Of a DNA stretch of 64,000 nucleotides, positions 1 through 9,581 are shown piece after piece. A program made the position numbers and the translations under genes. A model generated the notes under the pieces. The model worked only from the letters and a program-made list of their open reading frames with translations. It was not told where the DNA came from and searched no databases. The first letter of the stretch is position 1; the number at the start of each line of letters is the position of its first letter. This DNA comes from an uncultured Elusimicrobia bacterium (GTDB lineage: Bacteria; Elusimicrobiota; Elusimicrobia; 2-01-FULL-59-12): positions 149,541 to 213,540 of the forward strand of contig CAYTWA010000004.1 of NCBI GenBank assembly GCA_964441955.1, in the 5' to 3' direction.

Positions 1-7
1 GTGGCGG

Positions 8-697
8 GTGGGCATGACGCTTCCTCCCGTACGATCTGTTTTATGGAAGCGCGTTTGGCGTGTGATTCCCACGTTGTATCCGGAAGAAGCCATCTACGCT
101 CCCATTGCGGCGAACGGGGATTGGTCGTTCATTCAAGATATTGAACGGCACACCAATAGTGGCGTGCGCCAGGAGAAGGGTGAAACGCTCTTTATCCGCC
201 AAGGCGATACGCTTCCCAAAGGGAAATCCGCCTATAACATAGGGCGGCCTTTTGCGTTTCCTACACCAAGCCGTTTTAGCGACGGCACTTACGGTGTTTT
301 TTATGCCGCTCGCGATTTAATAACGGCGGCCATCGAGCGCGCTTACCATACCGAAAAATTTATGACCTTTACTTCCCAGCCGGCCACGACGCTCAAGCAG
401 CGTGTTTTGACCGCCCAAATTCATGGTCGCTTTCATGACCTGCGCCCCCAAAAAGCCAAATGGAAGTCGCTGTATCACGCTTCCAATTATTCCGCGTCTC
501 AAAAATTGGGAAAAATGTTGTGGGATCGCCATTCCGCCGGGATCTTGTACGACAGTGTTCGTCACGCCAAAGGCGAGTGCGCCGCTGTTTTTAGTCCCCA
601 AACCATTACCTTTTGTCGGCAGGACCGCTGTCTTCAGTTTGAATGGGATGGCCGCAAAATCTCCCATATGGCCCAACTCGAAGAATTTCCTTCCTAG
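8..697 (+). CDS. RES-domain toxin (RES/Xre-type toxin-antitoxin family)
   Basis: 229-aa ORF. The segments 'PSRFSDGTYGVFYAA' and 'AGILYDSVRHAKGECAAVF' match the Arg...Glu...Ser layout of RES domains. The frame is open to the window edge, so the start (GTG 8 or ATG 14) is uncertain. The expected upstream Xre/DUF2384 antitoxin would lie outside the window. Confidence 0.6.
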   Translation: MGMTLPPVRSVLWKRVWRVIPTLYPEEAIYAPIAANGDWSFIQDIERHTNSGVRQEKGETLFIRQGDTLPKGKSAYNIGRPFAFPTPSRFSDGTYGVFYAARDLITAAIERAYHTEKFMTFTSQPATTLKQRVLTAQIHGRFHDLRPQKAKWKSLYHASNYSASQKLGKMLWDRHSAGILYDSVRHAKGECAAVFSPQTITFCRQDRCLQFEWDGRKISHMAQLEEFPS

Positions 698-763
698 CCA
701 GGAACTTTCCCGCCACCCCGGTGTCGAAATCCCAGCCGCTAAAGCTGGATCAGGAGGATTTCG

Positions 764-2863
764 ATGAAGACACCATGGATGATGGCCGCTCTATTTTTTA
801 CCGTGATGCCGGTGCTGGGAGAACGCCTACCGGATAATTCGGCAGGGGAAGTCACGCTGGGGTGGCAGAAATTCAACGATCTCTGGACCAAGATGCAGGA
901 GATGGAAAAGAAGATTCAGGATCTGGAAAAGCCCGAGAACTTACCGCCTATTCCCTTCACGATCACCAAAGCGGCCTATAAAGGAGCGGTGGGGGAAAAG
1001 AGGACAGACATCACCGCGATTTTCGAGTTGGACGTTTACGATCCCAAGGAGTGGGTCAAAATCCCGTTCCTCCCATCCAGTGTGGCCATCACCGATGCGG
1101 AGCTCAATGGCAAGCCGGTGGGAGTGGTACAAGAAAATGGCTTTCACGCCATTCTTTTAAAGAAGCCGGGCCGCTACACATTGCGCACACGCTTTTCGCT
1201 GCGCTCGCCAAAACCGGAGGAGGCGCCCCAGCTTTCGTTCGCGCTTCAGAATACGCCCATCACCGTGATGGCGCTGGAGTTTGCCCGCCCCAACCTCGAT
1301 GTTCAAATCGACCCAGCGCAAGGCGTGGAAACCCAGGCCATTGGTACCTCCAAAACGCTGGTGACCGCCGCACTCCCTCCCACCAATTACATAACCGTTC
1401 GTTGGCAAAAAGCCGTGCCGGAGGAAGTGGCGGGGCCGGCCAAGCTGTATCTCGATTCGCAAAACCTCATCAGCGTTTCCGAAGGCACACTCAAAGCGCG
1501 CTGGAATTTAAACTACAGCATCCTTCGAAAAGGGGTTCGCGAATTGCGCGTGGGTGTGCCGGAAGGCTGGAACATCCTGGCCGTGAACGCCGAAGGGCTT
1601 CAAGAATGGAAAATGCAGGAAACCCCTCAGGGGACGGTGCTTCGAATCCAACTGGCTTATGCGCGTCGTGGCACTCTGGATGTCGGCATCCAAATGGAAC
1701 GCGCGTTAAGCGACAAAGATGAAGTGGTCGAAATTCCTCAAGTGAAAGCCTTCGACATCGAACGGGAGCAAGGCACAATCGGTGTGGAAGCCAAAGGCGC
1801 CATCGAAGTCGACGTGCAGACGGCCGAAGGCCTTCAGCGTTTAGATCCGCGCGAATTGCCTGGCGGGCTTTGGCAGGGCGCCACACAGCCGATCCTCTTG
1901 GCTTTCCGTTACACCAAGGCCCACGCGCTTGCTTTGGCGGTCAAGCGTCACCCCGAAACACCGGTGCTGACAACCACGGTGGATGATGCCAACGCCATGA
2001 CGGTTTTAACCGAACGTGGTCAGGTCATCACCAAGGTTCGTTATCAGGTGCGTAACCAGTTGAAACAGTATTTGGCGATTGCCCTTCCACAGGGAGCCGA
2101 ACTCTGGAGCGCCTTTGTCGCGGGCGAACCCGTGAAACCGATGAAAGCCGAAGACGGCCGTTACCGCATTCCTTTAGCCAAATCCCAGTTGGGCGACCAG
2201 GGCCAAAGCGGCTTCCCGGTGGAGCTCATTTTCTACCGGGCCAGCGCCAAGTTCTATCCTCTAGGCTACAAGTCGATGACGCTACCCATGCCGGATGCGC
2301 CGGTCAGCCGCATGCTTTGGTCAGTGTATTTACCGGAAAAATACCGCTTCCCGTACTTTGGCGGCGACGTGGAAAAAGGCGCTTCAGCCAGGCCTTGGAA
2401 TGCTTTAGTCGCTGCGAATGCCGTATACCGCAACGATGCGCCTGCTTTGTTTGAACGTGGTAATAGGAAAGCCCTAAAAAGCGAGATGGCCGAGCTAGCA
2501 GGCCGGATTACGTCTTCTGGAAGCGACAGCCGTTTAGAGCAGATCGTCGACAAGCAAACGGAGTTGGCCTCCAAAATATTACAAAACGCCGCCCCCGCCT
2601 CAGCGGTGGCCGGGGTTTTTCCGGTTTCCTTCGACCTGCCCGCTTCAGGTCAGTTGTTTCACTTCGGCCAGGTCATGGTGGTAGGCCAGGCGCCGCATCT
2701 GACCCTAGGGTATTTGCACCGCGGGTTTGTTCAAGCCGCCATGGCGTTATTCTTGGGTTTCCTCTTCATGGGGATCTATCGCTTCCGGAACCTTTGGCAA
2801 CCCTTGACTTTTGGGCTGGCCAAGGCCATAAGAGTTAGAATCATTCAACCCGCTAGAAACTAA
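764..2863 (+). CDS. Large secreted protein with C-terminal membrane helix, function unknown
   Basis: 699-aa ORF with an SD-like CAGGAGGA about 8 nt upstream. It has an N-terminal signal-like segment (MMAALFFTVMPVLG) and a C-terminal hydrophobic helix (AAMALFLGFLFMGIY). I do not recognise a family. Confidence 0.55.
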   Translation: MKTPWMMAALFFTVMPVLGERLPDNSAGEVTLGWQKFNDLWTKMQEMEKKIQDLEKPENLPPIPFTITKAAYKGAVGEKRTDITAIFELDVYDPKEWVKIPFLPSSVAITDAELNGKPVGVVQENGFHAILLKKPGRYTLRTRFSLRSPKPEEAPQLSFALQNTPITVMALEFARPNLDVQIDPAQGVETQAIGTSKTLVTAALPPTNYITVRWQKAVPEEVAGPAKLYLDSQNLISVSEGTLKARWNLNYSILRKGVRELRVGVPEGWNILAVNAEGLQEWKMQETPQGTVLRIQLAYARRGTLDVGIQMERALSDKDEVVEIPQVKAFDIEREQGTIGVEAKGAIEVDVQTAEGLQRLDPRELPGGLWQGATQPILLAFRYTKAHALALAVKRHPETPVLTTTVDDANAMTVLTERGQVITKVRYQVRNQLKQYLAIALPQGAELWSAFVAGEPVKPMKAEDGRYRIPLAKSQLGDQGQSGFPVELIFYRASAKFYPLGYKSMTLPMPDAPVSRMLWSVYLPEKYRFPYFGGDVEKGASARPWNALVAANAVYRNDAPALFERGNRKALKSEMAELAGRITSSGSDSRLEQIVDKQTELASKILQNAAPASAVAGVFPVSFDLPASGQLFHFGQVMVVGQAPHLTLGYLHRGFVQAAMALFLGFLFMGIYRFRNLWQPLTFGLAKAIRVRIIQPARN

Positions 2864-2878
2864 CTCGGAGGAATCTCA

Positions 2879-3253
2879 ATGGCCAGCAACGGAAAAGAAG
2901 CGCGCGATGAATGGAAAAACGTAATGGATAAAGCGGAAGAAATGATGGAACAAGGCCGCAAGGAAATGCTCAAGGCCGCTGAGCTCGCCAAAGATAAAGG
3001 CGAAGACGCTTGGGAAGAAGCCCAAGCCAAAGCCCAGCAAGCGTGGAAACACGCCCGCGCCCGGGGTGGCGAGTTCTGGGATGAAGCCAAAGCGAAAGGC
3101 GACCGCTTAGCCAAAGACGCCCGCGATGCCGGGGAAGATGCCCTCGAAGATCTGGAAAAAGTGATCCGCAAGCACCCCGCTCGTTCCATTGGTTTAACCC
3201 TTCTGGTGGGAGTAGTGATTGGGGCTTTGCTTTCGCGCGACCGCGACGCCTAA
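2879..3253 (+). CDS. DUF883 / ElaB-YqjD-like tail-anchored stress protein
   Basis: 124 aa with a charged helical N-terminal part. The C-terminal 'KHPARSIGLTLLVGVVIGALLSR' anchor is typical of the ElaB/YqjD/DUF883 family. GGAGGA SD upstream. Confidence 0.75.
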   Translation: MASNGKEARDEWKNVMDKAEEMMEQGRKEMLKAAELAKDKGEDAWEEAQAKAQQAWKHARARGGEFWDEAKAKGDRLAKDARDAGEDALEDLEKVIRKHPARSIGLTLLVGVVIGALLSRDRDA

Positions 3254-3304
3254 GCTACTTTTTACTTGACCGCACTCGTTTGACAGGGTAAATCCTTCGT
3301 AATC

Positions 3305-3928
3305 ATGCGAAAGGATTTTCTCGTAGTGGCGATGATCATGGCCGCCGTTCCGGTGCGCACCGCCGAAATGACGCTGTCCAACAGCAACTCCCCCCGCGCC
3401 CCACTGACCGTCAGCAAAGGGAAAAGCCCCTCGGCTTCGTTGTCCCGTGAAGAACGCAAAGATTTAATCCAAGAGTTTCGCGGGTTGCTTTCTTTTGGAA
3501 CCAAAAATCACCCCTTGGCCTCCTGGAAAGGCCGTTCTATGGCCGACTGTTATGCCCCACAACAGGCCACCGACCGCTGGGCGCAAAAATGTGAAATCAT
3601 CACGGGCCAGGGCAATGGGTTTTATTATTTTTATGGAGGGGATGCCGTAAAGGGCCCCACGCTTCAGCACGTGGAAGTCTTTTTACAAACCTCCGACCAG
3701 GCGATGCTCGCCGAACTACGCCCCACGTTGCGCCGCCTGTTTGGAACAAGGGAACTGGTGGTCCAAAACCGCCCCGGGGTGGCTGCCTTAGGGTCTATTT
3801 GGCATTGGAACACGGGGGAAGAATTCGCCGATCTCTTTTTGGACGCCCACCATTCCACCAACGGCACGGTCCATTTCGTCTGGACCCGCGCCCCGCTGGC
3901 TACAACCAAACAAGCCAAGGCGCTATAA
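3305..3928 (+). CDS. Hypothetical secreted protein
   Basis: 207-aa ORF with a signal-like N-terminus (FLVVAMIMAAVPVRTAEM). No recognisable domain. Confidence 0.45.
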   Translation: MRKDFLVVAMIMAAVPVRTAEMTLSNSNSPRAPLTVSKGKSPSASLSREERKDLIQEFRGLLSFGTKNHPLASWKGRSMADCYAPQQATDRWAQKCEIITGQGNGFYYFYGGDAVKGPTLQHVEVFLQTSDQAMLAELRPTLRRLFGTRELVVQNRPGVAALGSIWHWNTGEEFADLFLDAHHSTNGTVHFVWTRAPLATTKQAKAL

Positions 3929-4729
3929 ACCACTTTTCTCCAGGGCTTTGAGAAGAATTGCTTTTGTGAGATAGCGGCCTTGGGTGGGCTCCAGCAAGAA
4001 TGGTTCGACATCGCGGCGCACCTTTCCTTCATCTAGGTTCTCAAGTTTGTGGCGAAGCGCTTGATGAACAGACGCCATGTCTGGGAATTTCAGTTCAGGG
4101 TGTGTCTGCTTCGCGGCATTTTGGAAATAGGACAATTTGGGGCGCATCTTCTTGCCGAGGTAGTAGAGCAAATCAAAATAATCTCGTCCTTTCACATAGG
4201 GTCTGAAAAGAATGGCATGAAGCTTCGTGGAAAAAAGGGAAGACAAGGTGTAATGATTCGTCAGAAACATCATGGGTTCCTGAAGTAAGGTTTCTTCAAT
4301 ATCTCCCCCGGCCGGCGGGCGTTTGTCCACTTCCATTTTGATCGAAAGCTTTTGGGACCTGTTGAGGGTAAGCCCAAGCGGATGAAGAAGCTCTTCGAAT
4401 CGAAGAAAAAACGACCCCACCGTCTTTTCATCGCTCAGTTTAAAAACCCCCGCTTGCAACCCCAGGCGTTTGGCATGCCGTTTAAGGAGTTGGCTGAGAG
4501 TGGCCGTGGAATAACCTTTGGAATCCACAAGCGAAAAATCCATTTCCTCTTAGAAACGTGCGGTGCCATAGATGATCCGAAGAGCCGTGCCGCCCGTGAA
4601 CGCCAGTTTTTTTCGATAACCTCCGTCATCAATGCCCTGCAAAAGGAGTCGCTGAAGGTATTCGCGAAGGCCATTGAGTCTCTGGTGGGACGGCAGTGTT
4701 TCGAGATGTTTCCGAATAGGATCAATCAT
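3923..4729 (-). pseudogene. abiEii: AbiEii/AbiGii-family nucleotidyltransferase toxin (type IV TA), interrupted by one in-frame TAA
   Basis: My translation from ATG 4729 gives MIDPIRKHLETLPSHQRLNGLREYLQRLLLQGIDDGGYRKKLAFTGGTALRIIYGTARF-TAA-EEMDFSL... It continues in the same frame into the tracked ORF 3923..4543. The stop (4550..4552) sits where the family motif has Ser (RFSEDLDF). The C-terminal 'YVKGRDYFDLLYY' is typical of DUF1814/AbiEii. The start overlaps the upstream gene's stop as ATGA. Confidence 0.7.
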
Positions 4730-5348
4730 GCTTTTTCATGAGCGACAAGAGAATTGCTCCTCCTTGTTGAACGCGAGGCGGCGTAAAACGCTTGAGACAA
4801 TCACGCAGTCGTTTGGCGTTCAGAGATTCTAGATTTTGAAATCGATACCCCTGTAGAAATAGGTCTTGGGTTAGAGGTTCGGATTTGGGGATGGCCAGGT
4901 AGATGAAGTCCAGAATTGCTTTTTCCGGCCAGACCTGCCAATAGAATCCATGGCTCTTGATTTGCTCAAACCCAAAAAAATAGGGCTCGGACACGTGGGC
5001 ATATTGAAAGGCTCCTAAAGCATTGGAAAAGCGCGCGGTTTTAAAAGTGGTGACGCTTGTGAGAGTTCCTACAACATCCGGAATAATCCCATAGTGGCTA
5101 AGCGCCCAGTGGAGGCTTAGGTAGGAGGGTCGATAGAGTAGGCCGGCTACTTCCAGGGCGGAGGGTTCGCCCGAGCGGTAGTCCGGGGTGAGGGTGTATT
5201 AGTCTTTGCGCAGCCGGAGCAACTTGCCTTCCTTCGTCCATCTCGTCAAGAGAACCCGTTCATGGGGCAAAAGGGACATTTCCGAAAGCTGGTCCACCCG
5301 AAAGCAGGCCCGGCGCATCATTTTCTTTTGAAGGTCCGTGAATTTCAT
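4722..5348 (-). pseudogene. abiEi: AbiEi-family antitoxin/transcriptional regulator, interrupted by one in-frame TAA
   Basis: My translation from ATG 5348 gives MKFTDLQKKMMRRACFRVDQLSEMSLLPHERVLLTRWTKEGKLLRLRKD-TAA-YTLTPDYRSGEPSALEVAGLLYRPSYLSLHWALSHYGIIPDVV... This is in frame with the tracked ORF 4722..4994. The stop lies at 5199..5201. The wHTH-like 'L.RL.RG.Y.L' region and the 'SYLSL..AL..YG' motif fit AbiEi. Confidence 0.6.
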
Positions 5349-5405
5349 GTTTCTGTTAGTTATGTTTATTTATAACTATCAGAAACGCATAAAGCAAAGA
5401 CGTTT

Positions 5406-6884
5406 TTAGAACGGGTAGTTGATGTCCACGAACACCGCGGGGCCTTCTTTGCCAAAACCCAATTCCACATCACCAACCACGTTGGGTTTGACGGCGGCAC
5501 GGAAGCCCACACCGCCGACCAAGAGAAAGTCTTTCCGCTGTATGGCATTCAGGTGAGGAAACACGGTTCCTAAATCCACGAAGGGCGCCATTTCAAAATT
5601 GGTTTCGATGCCCATGAGTTTGAGTTGGGCTAGGCGGTAACGGTGTTCGGCGCTAAGCCCCAGCTTCCCCATGTCGACAAAACGGCCATCGCCGAAACCG
5701 CGCAGCGTTTCGCGCCCCCCCAGTTGGGCCGCTTCATAAAACGGCACGGCGCTTCCCATCACCCGTTCGTAGAAGCCATGCACGACCGTGACGTTCTTGG
5801 GGTTTTTCCAAGGGAAGAATTGCTTGGCATCCAGCGTATGGCGAAAGAAATCCGCATTCGACCCCCAGCCTCGATTGGTTTTTTCTACAGCAAATTCCGC
5901 CGACGTTCCTTTGGAGGGGGTCACCGGTAAATCACGCGAGTCCCACAACAATCGAAATTCATGAGCCACGGTTTGCTGCAGCTGGGTTCCATTGACAGCG
6001 GGGAATTTGGCTTTCAGGTCGGGTAAATCTTCAATGATGTTGTCGCGCGTCTGTTCGGTTACAAAACGGCCGCCCACCGTGGCGCGCATGTGGCCAAAAA
6101 AGTTGATGCCCACCGACGTCTTACCGCCGGTTTCTCGAAAGGTATAGCCTGCTTCGTCGCTTTCTCGCGAGTTGGGGCCCAAGCCAAAGAAACGGTGCGA
6201 GGCATCCACGGAGTGGTAAAGCTCCCCGCGCACATATAACACCTTGTCGAACAAGGAAGGGTTTTCGTAACGGATTTTAAAGTCGCGGTTGGTTCGTTTC
6301 GAATAACTGGCGTAGGTGAAAAATTGGCTGTCGTCCGTGGGATACCAGTAGTACCGCCACGTCCCCGTAAACCCAAAAAGATCGTTGTAAGTAGCTGAAG
6401 GGGCGAAGAGATGGCGAATGTGCTGGTTCTGCGGGTCCGCCAACACGAGCACGGGTAAGAGGCCCATCGTAGGCCCCGTATTCGGGTCGGTCGAGACCGC
6501 GGGCAGCCAGACGAAAATGTTCGACCCCCAGGAGGTGGTCATGATCTTGGCAACCACATCAAAAAACTTGTTGGCGCCTGCGGGTAAGGGTTCCGTATCC
6601 GGTTGGGGACCCTTGGGCATGTCAGGGGCGGGCACGGGCATGGCCGCAGGCGTCGTCCGCCCGACCTTCGGATTCGGCTTTGTCTTTTTAATTTGCTTTT
6701 GAATTTCATGCGGCACCTGGCGCAAGGACTTCGGCACCACATCTTTCATGTGCATGGATGAGCGTTTGGTTGAACGAGCGGTGCCAGAAGAGGACTCCAC
6801 CACCGTGCTCGTCGAGGTGTTGATCGAAAAAGCGGGAAGGGAAAAACTTAAAAGTAGCGCAAACGCTTTTTTAATCGTTTCCAT
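5406..6884 (-). CDS. Omp85/Bac_surface_Ag-family outer-membrane beta-barrel protein
   Basis: 492 aa with a signal peptide (ALLLSFSLPAFS). It has a Pro-rich linker and an alternating beta-strand pattern. The C-terminus '...GFGKEGPAVFVDINYPF' ends in aromatic Phe, as in OMP barrels. Confidence 0.7.
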   Translation of the reverse strand: METIKKAFALLLSFSLPAFSINTSTSTVVESSSGTARSTKRSSMHMKDVVPKSLRQVPHEIQKQIKKTKPNPKVGRTTPAAMPVPAPDMPKGPQPDTEPLPAGANKFFDVVAKIMTTSWGSNIFVWLPAVSTDPNTGPTMGLLPVLVLADPQNQHIRHLFAPSATYNDLFGFTGTWRYYWYPTDDSQFFTYASYSKRTNRDFKIRYENPSLFDKVLYVRGELYHSVDASHRFFGLGPNSRESDEAGYTFRETGGKTSVGINFFGHMRATVGGRFVTEQTRDNIIEDLPDLKAKFPAVNGTQLQQTVAHEFRLLWDSRDLPVTPSKGTSAEFAVEKTNRGWGSNADFFRHTLDAKQFFPWKNPKNVTVVHGFYERVMGSAVPFYEAAQLGGRETLRGFGDGRFVDMGKLGLSAEHRYRLAQLKLMGIETNFEMAPFVDLGTVFPHLNAIQRKDFLLVGGVGFRAAVKPNVVGDVELGFGKEGPAVFVDINYPF

Positions 6885-6914
6885 TTTTACCGAAGCGGGA
6901 ATGTGACCAGCGGG

Positions 6915-8258
6915 TTAGTCGTAGTACTCGATACCCAAATGGGTGATCAGCTCTTCGCCTTTCAGCCAGCGAAGGGTGTTCTTAAGCTTCATCAGTTGGA
7001 TAAAGAGATCGTGTTCCGGCGAAAGGCCGGGGGCGGCCATTGGGCTTTTCAAATAAAAGGAAAGCCATTCTTGGATGCCATGCATCTTAGCCCGCTGGGC
7101 CAAGTCTAAAAAAAGAGCCAAGTCCAAAACGATGGGCGCCGCCAGAATCGAGTCGCGGCACAGGAAGTTCACTTTGATCTGCATCGGGTAGCCCAGCCAG
7201 CCGAAAATATCAATGTTGTCCCAGCCTTCCTTATTGTCGCCGCGCGGCGGGTAGTAATTAATGCGCACGCGGTGGTCGACGTTACCGTAAAGATCGGGGT
7301 GAAGCTCAGGCTCCAAAATCGAGTCCAACACTGAAAGTTTGGATTCTTCTTTGGTTTTAAACGCTTCCGGGTCGTCCAACACTTCGCCATCCCGGTTTCC
7401 CAGGATGTTGGCCGAAAACCAGCCGTGCATGCCCAAGAGGCGCGCTTTGAACGCGGGGGCGAGCACTGTCTTCATGAACGTTTGACCGGTTTTGAAATCT
7501 TTACCAGCGATGGGCACGCCGTTTTTATCGGCCAATTCCAGCATCGCGGGGATGTCGACCGACAAGTTGGGGGCGCCATTGGCATAGGCAATGCCGGACT
7601 TCAGTGCGGCGTACGCGTAAATCGTGCTCGGGGCAATGTCCGGGCTGTTGTCTTTAAGACCTTGTTCGAAGGCGGCTACGCTTTGGTGCACGGGCCCGGG
7701 CGTCTGGAATTTTTCGGTGGAGCCGCACCAGACCATCACGAGGCGTGCGCAGTTGTTTTTCTTTTTGAACGCGGCGATATCCGCGATGAGTGCTTGCGCC
7801 AAATCCCATTTGGTTTTGCCCTTCTTCACGTGGGGGCCGGAAATGCGAGATACCCACGCGGAATCGAAAACGGCCGGCATGGGTTTTATTTTTTCGAGTT
7901 CAGAGCGGATGGGGGCTAAATCTTTGGCTTCAAGCACCCCCGCTTTGGTGGCGGCTTGATGCATGTTGTCCGGGAAAATATCCCAACCGCCAAAAACGAT
8001 ATCGTTTAAATCGGCGAGCGGCACAAAATCTTTGATCAAAGGGTTTCGTTTTTCCGTGCGCTTGCCCAAACGAATGGTGCCCATTTGGGTCAAGGAGCCG
8101 ATCGGTTTGCCGAGACCTTTCCGGGCCGATAAAACACCCGCAATAAACGTGCTGGCCACAGCCCCCATCCCGGGCGTCAAAATGCCCAATTTCCCTTTCG
8201 CGGGAATAATCGGACGCGGCTTCGATACAGTAGTGTTGACGAATTTAATCTTTTTCAT
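6915..8258 (-). CDS. ino1: myo-Inositol-1-phosphate (inositol-3-phosphate) synthase
   Basis: 447 aa. The N-terminal 'GKLGILTPGMGAVASTFIAGV...KPIGSLTQMGTIRLGKR' and the motifs 'NGAPNL', 'SANILGNRDG' and 'LCRDSILAAPIVLDL' match bacterial MIPS as I recall it. Confidence 0.85.
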   Translation of the reverse strand: MKKIKFVNTTVSKPRPIIPAKGKLGILTPGMGAVASTFIAGVLSARKGLGKPIGSLTQMGTIRLGKRTEKRNPLIKDFVPLADLNDIVFGGWDIFPDNMHQAATKAGVLEAKDLAPIRSELEKIKPMPAVFDSAWVSRISGPHVKKGKTKWDLAQALIADIAAFKKKNNCARLVMVWCGSTEKFQTPGPVHQSVAAFEQGLKDNSPDIAPSTIYAYAALKSGIAYANGAPNLSVDIPAMLELADKNGVPIAGKDFKTGQTFMKTVLAPAFKARLLGMHGWFSANILGNRDGEVLDDPEAFKTKEESKLSVLDSILEPELHPDLYGNVDHRVRINYYPPRGDNKEGWDNIDIFGWLGYPMQIKVNFLCRDSILAAPIVLDLALFLDLAQRAKMHGIQEWLSFYLKSPMAAPGLSPEHDLFIQLMKLKNTLRWLKGEELITHLGIEYYD

Positions 8259-8374
8259 GGTGGCAGAATTGTAGCAAGACGGACCGATGAGTCTTGTTTT
8301 TGGGGTTGCGGGGCGCCAAAACAGGTGTTATTTATCCTTTATGGAAAGGCGTATTTATAATATAAATCACCATC

Positions 8375-9550
8375 ATGGTTGATCGATTGCTTCGGTTGGA
8401 TCGCGTCTTAGAGGGCCGCCATTCGGCGTTTTTATTCGGCGCTCGCGGAACGGGGAAAACCTCGCTGGTCAAAGCCTGGCTTCAACGCCGGGCGGGGCTT
8501 TTCCATGTGGATTTGCTGAGGCCCGCGGAATATTCACGGTACCTCAAAGCCCCTTCGCAATTTGAAGAGGATTTAGATGAAGCGCTTAAACGTCACAAGC
8601 AAGTCACGGTCTTTGTAGATGAAGTGCAAAAGGTGCCGCTGCTGTTGGATGTGGTTCACCGGTTTATCGAAAATTACAAAGAACGCATCCAATTTATTCT
8701 GACCGGGTCGAGCTCTCGGAAACTAAAGCGCGGTGGCGCGAATTTGCTGGCCGGGCGCGCGTGGACGCTCAAACTTCACCCTCTCACCCATCGAGAAGGG
8801 GTTTCGAATCTTGTGCGTGCCCTTCGTTATGGCACGCTTCCGGCCATCTATTTAGAAACGGAAGGGGAAGATCTTACGCTTCAGGCCTATGTCGACACGT
8901 ATTTGCGTGAAGAAATCCTTCAGGAGGGGTTCGTTCGGCGTCTCGACGGATTTATGCGATTTTTAGAGGTGGCCGCTCAAATGAACGGGGAGCCAGTTAA
9001 CTTTGCGCAAACGGCACGTCAGGCGGGGGTGAGCGCCAACACCTGCCAGGACTTCTTTTCCATCTTGTCTGATACCTGGATTACGTTTCAGCTGCCCGGG
9101 TGGAATCGGTCGGTGCGAAAGCAACTTCAGCAAGCGGCAAAACACTATTTTTTTGATTGCGGGGTGTTGAATGCCATTCGTGGAGAACTTCAGGTCGCCC
9201 CCCAACCCTCGTCTTCTCGATTTGGGAATTTGTTTGAGACCTGGCTGATTCAAGAACTTTTTCGTCTCAACGATTACCAGAAGGCGAATTGGAAGTTTCA
9301 TTACTGGCGCACCAATACCGGCATGGAAGTCGATGTGTTGCTTTCGAAAGGCTCCGCAGACCCCGTCTATGCGATTGAAATTAAATCCCATACCGCGCCA
9401 CGTGAGCTCGACCTCAAAGGCTTGCTGGCATTTGAAGGGGAGTACCCCAAAACCCAGTTGATTTGCTGGTGCCGAACACCCCGTCCCTATCGCCTAGGTC
9501 CGATCCACGTACTTCCTTGGGATCAAGGCCTGAAGAAGATTTTCCATTAA
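8375..9550 (+). CDS. AAA+ ATPase with DUF4143 C-terminal domain (COG1373-like), paralogue 1
   Basis: 391 aa. Walker A 'GARGTGKTS' and Walker B 'VFVDEVQKVP'. 'LTGSSSRKLKRGGANLLAGRA' and the 'YWRT..G.EVD' C-terminal restriction-fold-like part match paralogues 2 and 3. Confidence 0.8.
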   Translation: MVDRLLRLDRVLEGRHSAFLFGARGTGKTSLVKAWLQRRAGLFHVDLLRPAEYSRYLKAPSQFEEDLDEALKRHKQVTVFVDEVQKVPLLLDVVHRFIENYKERIQFILTGSSSRKLKRGGANLLAGRAWTLKLHPLTHREGVSNLVRALRYGTLPAIYLETEGEDLTLQAYVDTYLREEILQEGFVRRLDGFMRFLEVAAQMNGEPVNFAQTARQAGVSANTCQDFFSILSDTWITFQLPGWNRSVRKQLQQAAKHYFFDCGVLNAIRGELQVAPQPSSSRFGNLFETWLIQELFRLNDYQKANWKFHYWRTNTGMEVDVLLSKGSADPVYAIEIKSHTAPRELDLKGLLAFEGEYPKTQLICWCRTPRPYRLGPIHVLPWDQGLKKIFH

Positions 9551-9581
9551 GCGATTCATTTTTTGTCTCGGCCTGTTTGGC

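Noticed and set aside
4550-5201. The possibility that the in-frame TAA codons in abiEi and abiEii reflect stop-codon reassignment or a recoded genome.
   Set aside because: TAA terminates several well-supported genes in the same window at the expected protein ends, for example serS at 30899..30901, moxR at 20329..20331 and the ORF ending at 2863. No other conserved gene shows internal TAA. Pseudogenisation or sequencing error is the simpler reading.
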